The notes under the pieces: model-generated
What the model was told of the DNA's origin: nothing
What the model saw: the letters and a program-made list of their open reading frames with translations, nothing else
The model's database searches: none
Position numbers and translations under genes: made by a program
Assembly: GCA_963668025.2 (NCBI GenBank)
Contig: CAXXTH010000023.1
Span: 256,001-320,000, forward strand
Origin: Candidatus Hydrogenedentota bacterium
Lineage (GTDB): Bacteria > Hydrogenedentota > Hydrogenedentia > Hydrogenedentales > SLHB01
Direction: 5' to 3'
DNA length: 64,000 nucleotides
Part shown: positions 59,937 to 64,000 of the stretch, piece after piece
How positions within the stretch are numbered: the stretch's first letter is position 1
Layout of the letters: each line of letters begins with the position of its first letter

Positions 59937-60397
59937 GATTCCCGGCTCCTTTCCCGAGCCGCCGCCGAGCGGTTCACGGCGACTTCATCGGATGCTTTCT
60001 GTTCTTCCCCCGCGATAAACGCTTGCAGTTCGTTGATATGGCGTTCTTTCAGGCGTTCTACAATGTGCTTGGCGCGGCTGGCTTTTTCGAGAGTGCGGCG
60101 GCGTTGTTCTTCTTGTTTTCGGAGTACTGCGATCTCCGAGTCTTTCTCGACTGCCCGCCGGGCGAGATGCCGTTCATATAGGTAATAGCGCCCCACGTGG
60201 CTGGCGTCGAATTGCTCGCTCGTGGCGGCGGAGGCTTCAACGAGCGTATGGAATTGTTCGGCTTCGATGTTTTGACGCTCTTCCGCCGCGCGCTGAAGGG
60301 CCAGGCGTGTTTGGGCAAGCTCCTGGGCCTTTTGGTTTTCTTGAAGCTCCCGCACCCGAAGCAAGGTGGCATATCGAAATTGTTTTCGGACCGGCAT
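59933..60397 (-). CDS. fliJ: Flagellar export chaperone FliJ
   Basis: FRYATLLRVRELQE...ERLKER...EEQKASDE; follows fliI. Confidence 0.88.
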   Translation of the reverse strand: MPVRKQFRYATLLRVRELQENQKAQELAQTRLALQRAAEERQNIEAEQFHTLVEASAATSEQFDASHVGRYYLYERHLARRAVEKDSEIAVLRKQEEQRRRTLEKASRAKHIVERLKERHINELQAFIAGEEQKASDEVAVNRSAAARERSRES

Positions 60398-60403
60398 CGG
60401 TTT

Positions 60404-61738
60404 TTACCCCTGCAACGCCCGCGTCATTTGGTTCAAAAGCTGTTCAAACGGCGCCCGATCTTTCAGGCCTTGCTTGAGAAAAGCCCGAATTCCCGGCATG
60501 ATGCGCAGCGCCTTGTCAATCTCCTTGTTGCTGCCGTGGGCGTACGCTCCTATATTCACCAAATCCTCCGCGTCGCGGTAGGTAGCCAGTATGCTGCGTA
60601 TTTCGCCCGCGAGGCGGCGGTGTTCATCCACGGTGACATCCACCATGCACCGGCTGATGCTCTGCAAGACATCCACGGCGGGGTAATGGTTGCGTGAAGC
60701 GAGATCGCGCGACAGCACGATATGGCCATCCAGAATACTGCGTACGGCGTCGCCGATGGGGTCGTTCATGTCGTCGGATTCGACGAGCACGGTGTATATG
60801 CCCGTGATGGTTCCAACGGCGGAAGATCCTGCCCGTTCGAGGAGTTTCGGAAGCAGCGCATACACCGATGGCGGATAGCCGCGCGTGGTGGGCGGTTCGC
60901 CCACGGCCAGCCCTACTTCACGCTGGGCCATGGCGAACCGGGTCACGGAGTCCATCATGAGCATGACATCCGCGCCTTGCTCGCGGAACCATTCCGAGAT
61001 GGCGGTGGCTACATACGCGCCTCGGATGCGCAACAGCGCAGGCTCGTCCGAGGTGGCTACAATGACTATCGAACGCGCCAGGCCTTCAGTGCCTAGATCG
61101 CCCTCGATAAACTCGCGCACTTCGCGCCCACGCTCGCCGATGAGAGCGATGACATTAATATCCGCGTTGGTGTTGCGCGCCATCATTCCGAGGGTTTTGC
61201 TCTTGCCTACGCCGCTGCCGGCCATGATGCCGAGACGCTGGCCTTTGCCGCAAGTGATGCAGGCGTCGATGGACCGGATGCCGGTGGCGATAGGCTCGGT
61301 GATGCGTTTTCGGGAAAGGGCTGGGGGCGCTTGGGCGCGCAGCGGCATTTCCGCTGAGCCGCGAATGAGAGGGCCATTATCGAGCGGGTCACCCATGCTG
61401 CCCAGCACGCGGCCGAGAAGGTCCACGCCCACGCGCACGGTTTGGGGGCGCTTCGTGGGGATAAGGGGGCTTCCGGGCCGTACGCCTTCGATATTGCCGA
61501 GCGCCATCAGCAGCAAATGGCCACTACGAAAACCCACGACTTCGAGAGGCACGCGGCTTGAACCGCCGGAATCGTTTGGCGTCTCGACATAACATAAATC
61601 GCCGATGCGCAAGGGCGGGCCGGTGGCCTCGATGGTGAGGCCCACCACCTGCGTCACCTTGCCATGCACGGCAATGGTGTGGGCGTCCTTGACGCGTTCC
61701 ACGGCGCTGCCGAGGTTATTCAGATTGAGGGGGTTCAA
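60404..61738 (-). CDS. fliI: Flagellar export ATPase FliI
   Basis: GQRLGIMAGSGVGKS, LIGERGREVREF, MDSVTRFAMAQRE, GEPPTTRGYPPS. Confidence 0.97.
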   Translation of the reverse strand: MNPLNLNNLGSAVERVKDAHTIAVHGKVTQVVGLTIEATGPPLRIGDLCYVETPNDSGGSSRVPLEVVGFRSGHLLLMALGNIEGVRPGSPLIPTKRPQTVRVGVDLLGRVLGSMGDPLDNGPLIRGSAEMPLRAQAPPALSRKRITEPIATGIRSIDACITCGKGQRLGIMAGSGVGKSKTLGMMARNTNADINVIALIGERGREVREFIEGDLGTEGLARSIVIVATSDEPALLRIRGAYVATAISEWFREQGADVMLMMDSVTRFAMAQREVGLAVGEPPTTRGYPPSVYALLPKLLERAGSSAVGTITGIYTVLVESDDMNDPIGDAVRSILDGHIVLSRDLASRNHYPAVDVLQSISRCMVDVTVDEHRRLAGEIRSILATYRDAEDLVNIGAYAHGSNKEIDKALRIMPGIRAFLKQGLKDRAPFEQLLNQMTRALQG

Positions 61739-62441
61739 CGGCGATTTCCGATATGCTTTCCAAAATATGGGTTAATTGGGCGTCAAGCTGGGCGTCTACA
61801 AACATGGTGGCGGTCTCCACCGTGCATCCACCCGGAGCGATAGCTTCGTCTGCAATGATCTCTTTGTGATGGACGCCGTCGAAACTATCCAGGAAACCTA
61901 CGGCCTCTTGGTTCAGCATCTCGACATCCCGTGGATTCATATGGATGGTGAGGCGTTCTTTATCCGATAAGTGTTCGAGGATTTCTTGCAGCACGCGCCG
62001 AATAGACTGGGGATCCGCCCAGGCCTCCCGCTTAAGCACCCGGCTCACCACGGCCTTGATGAGGGCCGTGATGTTATCTTGCATTTTCTGGGCGATTTCT
62101 TCCTTGGCCGTTTTCATTTTTTCGGCTGTATCTTGCAAGGCTTGCTGCAACGTGGCGACCGAATCTAGAAATTGTGATTTGCCGGCTTCGATGCCGCGGC
62201 GCATGCCCTCATCGTAGGCTTGGCGCACTTGTAGTTCCGCATCGGCGCGCAACTGGGATATGGTTTCGGCGTTATCGGCCTCGAGGCGTGCGCGGATTTC
62301 TTCAATGGCTTGCTCGTGGCCTGGATCATCGCTGGCGTCATGCTGCGTTGAGGGTGCAGGCATATACACCTCGAGCGCCGCGCGTTCATAGCGCGTGCAG
62401 TTCGAGGGGGCAGCTTGTCCAATTTTTATGATCTTCGCCAT
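61716..62441 (-). CDS. fliH: Flagellar assembly protein FliH
   Basis: AYDEG...G repeats; IHMNPRD; DEAIAPGGCTVET. Confidence 0.9.
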   Translation of the reverse strand: MAKIIKIGQAAPSNCTRYERAALEVYMPAPSTQHDASDDPGHEQAIEEIRARLEADNAETISQLRADAELQVRQAYDEGMRRGIEAGKSQFLDSVATLQQALQDTAEKMKTAKEEIAQKMQDNITALIKAVVSRVLKREAWADPQSIRRVLQEILEHLSDKERLTIHMNPRDVEMLNQEAVGFLDSFDGVHHKEIIADEAIAPGGCTVETATMFVDAQLDAQLTHILESISEIAVEPPQSE

Positions 62442-62474
62442 ACCAGCACTTTGAGTGTAGATGCCCAGGGTTGC

Positions 62475-63527
62475 TTATACGATAATCTCGTCTTCCGAAC
62501 CGCCGCCACGGCCTTGGATGACGATCTCGCCAGCGTCGCCGAGGCGCCGGATGACTTGTACGATTTTCTGTTGGGCTTCTTCGACGTTGCGCAGGCGGAC
62601 GGGCCCCATGAATTCCATCTCTTCCTTGATAAGCTCGCGGGCGCGTTCCGACATATTGCGCATAATTTTTGCGGTGACTTCTTCGTTGGCCACTTTGAGG
62701 GCGAGCGCCAGGTCTTTTTGCTCGAATTCGCGCATGGCCTTCTGGAAGCCGCTATCGTCTACGTAGATCAAGTCGTCGAAGGTGAACATGCGCCGGGAGA
62801 TTTCGTCGGCCAGTTCGGGGTCGCGCTCTTCGATATCGGCCATGATGGATTTTTCGGTGCCGCGTTCGACGCGGTTGAGGATTTCGGCGACTTCCTGGAC
62901 GCCGCCCGCGAAGGTGAAGCCTTGGCTGAACACGCTGGCCATTTTGCGCTCGAGCACGCGCTCGACCTCGCGGACAATTTCGGGCGGCGTGCGGTCCATA
63001 TTCGCGATGCGCATGATGACTTCGGAACGCACATCCTGGGATAACGCGCTGATGACTACGCCAGCGATTTGCGGTTCGAGATGGGCCATGATAAGGGCGA
63101 TGGTCTGGGGATGCTCATCTTGAATGAAACTCACAATCTGGCCGGGGTCGGCGCGCTTCAGGAATTCGAAGGGCACTTCCTGGAGGCTGCTTTGCAGCCG
63201 GGTGAGGACTTCGAGCGCCCGTTCGGGGCCAAGGGCCGTTTCGAGGATGCTCCGCGCGAACTCGATGCCGCCTTGGGTGACATAGCGGTTGGCGAGCATC
63301 ATTTCGTGGAATTCTTCCATGACGCCTTCGCGCACTTCGGGCTCGATAGCGCCCAGGCTGGCGAGGTCGAGGGTGAGCTGTTCGATTTCTTCCTCGTTCA
63401 TCGCCTGAAGGACGCGGCTGGCTGGGGCGGGCCCCAAGCATGCTAACAATACGGCGGCCTTCGTGCGGCCGTCCAGCTTGGCCAGTTTGTCCGGTTTATT
63501 TGGTTTTCCGTTAGTCTTCACTTTCAC
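62475..63527 (-). CDS. fliG: Flagellar motor switch protein FliG
   Basis: GRTKAAVLL, GGIEFA, EHPQTIAL, MFTFDDL, RNMSERA, MGPVRLRNVEEAQ. Confidence 0.97.
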   Translation of the reverse strand: MKVKTNGKPNKPDKLAKLDGRTKAAVLLACLGPAPASRVLQAMNEEEIEQLTLDLASLGAIEPEVREGVMEEFHEMMLANRYVTQGGIEFARSILETALGPERALEVLTRLQSSLQEVPFEFLKRADPGQIVSFIQDEHPQTIALIMAHLEPQIAGVVISALSQDVRSEVIMRIANMDRTPPEIVREVERVLERKMASVFSQGFTFAGGVQEVAEILNRVERGTEKSIMADIEERDPELADEISRRMFTFDDLIYVDDSGFQKAMREFEQKDLALALKVANEEVTAKIMRNMSERARELIKEEMEFMGPVRLRNVEEAQQKIVQVIRRLGDAGEIVIQGRGGGSEDEIIV

Positions 63528-64000
63528 TCATCCAGGCGCGCAATAGCGACGCCACAATCTCAGGCTGCTGTTGTGAGAGGTTTTCCACTTCTTCGGCAAT
63601 GGCGCGTTTGCGCATTTCCTCTTGTGATGGGCCAGAAATCTCGATAGGTTTTTCTTCCTCGACCTCGACCACGGGCGGCGTAATCAGTTTGAAGAGCAGT
63701 CTGCGGATATAAAGGAATAATCCAGCCACCAGGAGCACTTTCAGCGCGGTCAGGCCATATTTGCCATACTGGTTCCAGCGCTGCTGTTTGGCGAAGGTCT
63801 CGGTGGTGGCCAGCGCTTCTTGCAGTTGATCAATCTGGAAGGCCTGGCTCATGACGAAGACATCTTCCGGCTTCGCTTCCGTGCCTACGGCGTTGGCGAT
63901 CATGAGCTGGTAATCGCTGATTTCTTTTTCATTTAACGGGATGTATTTTTTTTCACCCGTTGGATTTCCACTTTCATCGAGAGCCGCTTCGTAGTTGCCA
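63511..64000 (-). CDS. fliF: Flagellar M-ring protein FliF, C-terminal part (runs off the window end)
   Basis: Frame open to the window end (GNYEAALD...KYIPLNEKEI); second TM; PEIVASLLRAWM C-terminus; precedes fliG. Confidence 0.88.
   Translation of the reverse strand, partial: GNYEAALDESGNPTGEKKYIPLNEKEISDYQLMIANAVGTEAKPEDVFVMSQAFQIDQLQEALATTETFAKQQRWNQYGKYGLTALKVLLVAGLFLYIRRLLFKLITPPVVEVEEEKPIEISGPSQEEMRKRAIAEEVENLSQQQPEIVASLLRAWMSESED

Noticed and set aside
60404-61738. ATPase as part of a non-flagellar type III secretion system
   Set aside because: It is flanked by fliG, fliH, fliJ, fliK, flgD, flgE and motAB, so it is clearly flagellar.

Overview
A GC-rich bacterial window, most likely Candidatus Hydrogenedentes. 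This is an inference from the DUF1559 pseudopilin-like proteins carrying [16 protein letters not shown] and [17 protein letters not shown] motifs, and from PASTA proteins with (V/M)PAAG-TM-basic tails. It has four blocks. (1) 1-26.8 kb is a carbohydrate or amino-sugar utilisation-type locus: three paralogous uncharacterised secreted enzymes, a UroD/MtaA-family protein, a GNAT, an AraR-like GntR-LacI regulator with a recurring TGTATCGATACA-like operator, an FGGY kinase-aminotransferase III-Glu dehydrogenase operon, two divergent DUF1559 genes, two tandem CBM9-like/PASTA proteins, a BNR-repeat protein, a Zn dehydrogenase and a metallophosphoesterase. (2) 27-36.7 kb is housekeeping and miscellaneous genes (uvrC, ThuA, DUF434, ndh, VIT1/rubrerythrin, DUF4846). 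(3) 37-48.5 kb holds a partial EPS locus (GT4, epimerase, Wza-like, Wzc-like pseudokinase), then an ECF sigma / TPR-like anti-sigma pair directly followed by four short peptides with a shared MKH(I/V)...PA(K/R)A leader and unrelated C-termini; this is the best candidate for an undescribed system. (4) 48.7-64 kb is cheX and a flagellar operon (fliF-G-H-I-J-motE-fliK-flgD-TIGR02530-flgE / motA-motB-fliL-fliN-fliO-fliP), with a repeat-expanded FliK and a nested duplication in FlgE. Several genes have frameshifts that look like sequencing errors. No rRNA, tRNA, CRISPR array or transposase was recognised.
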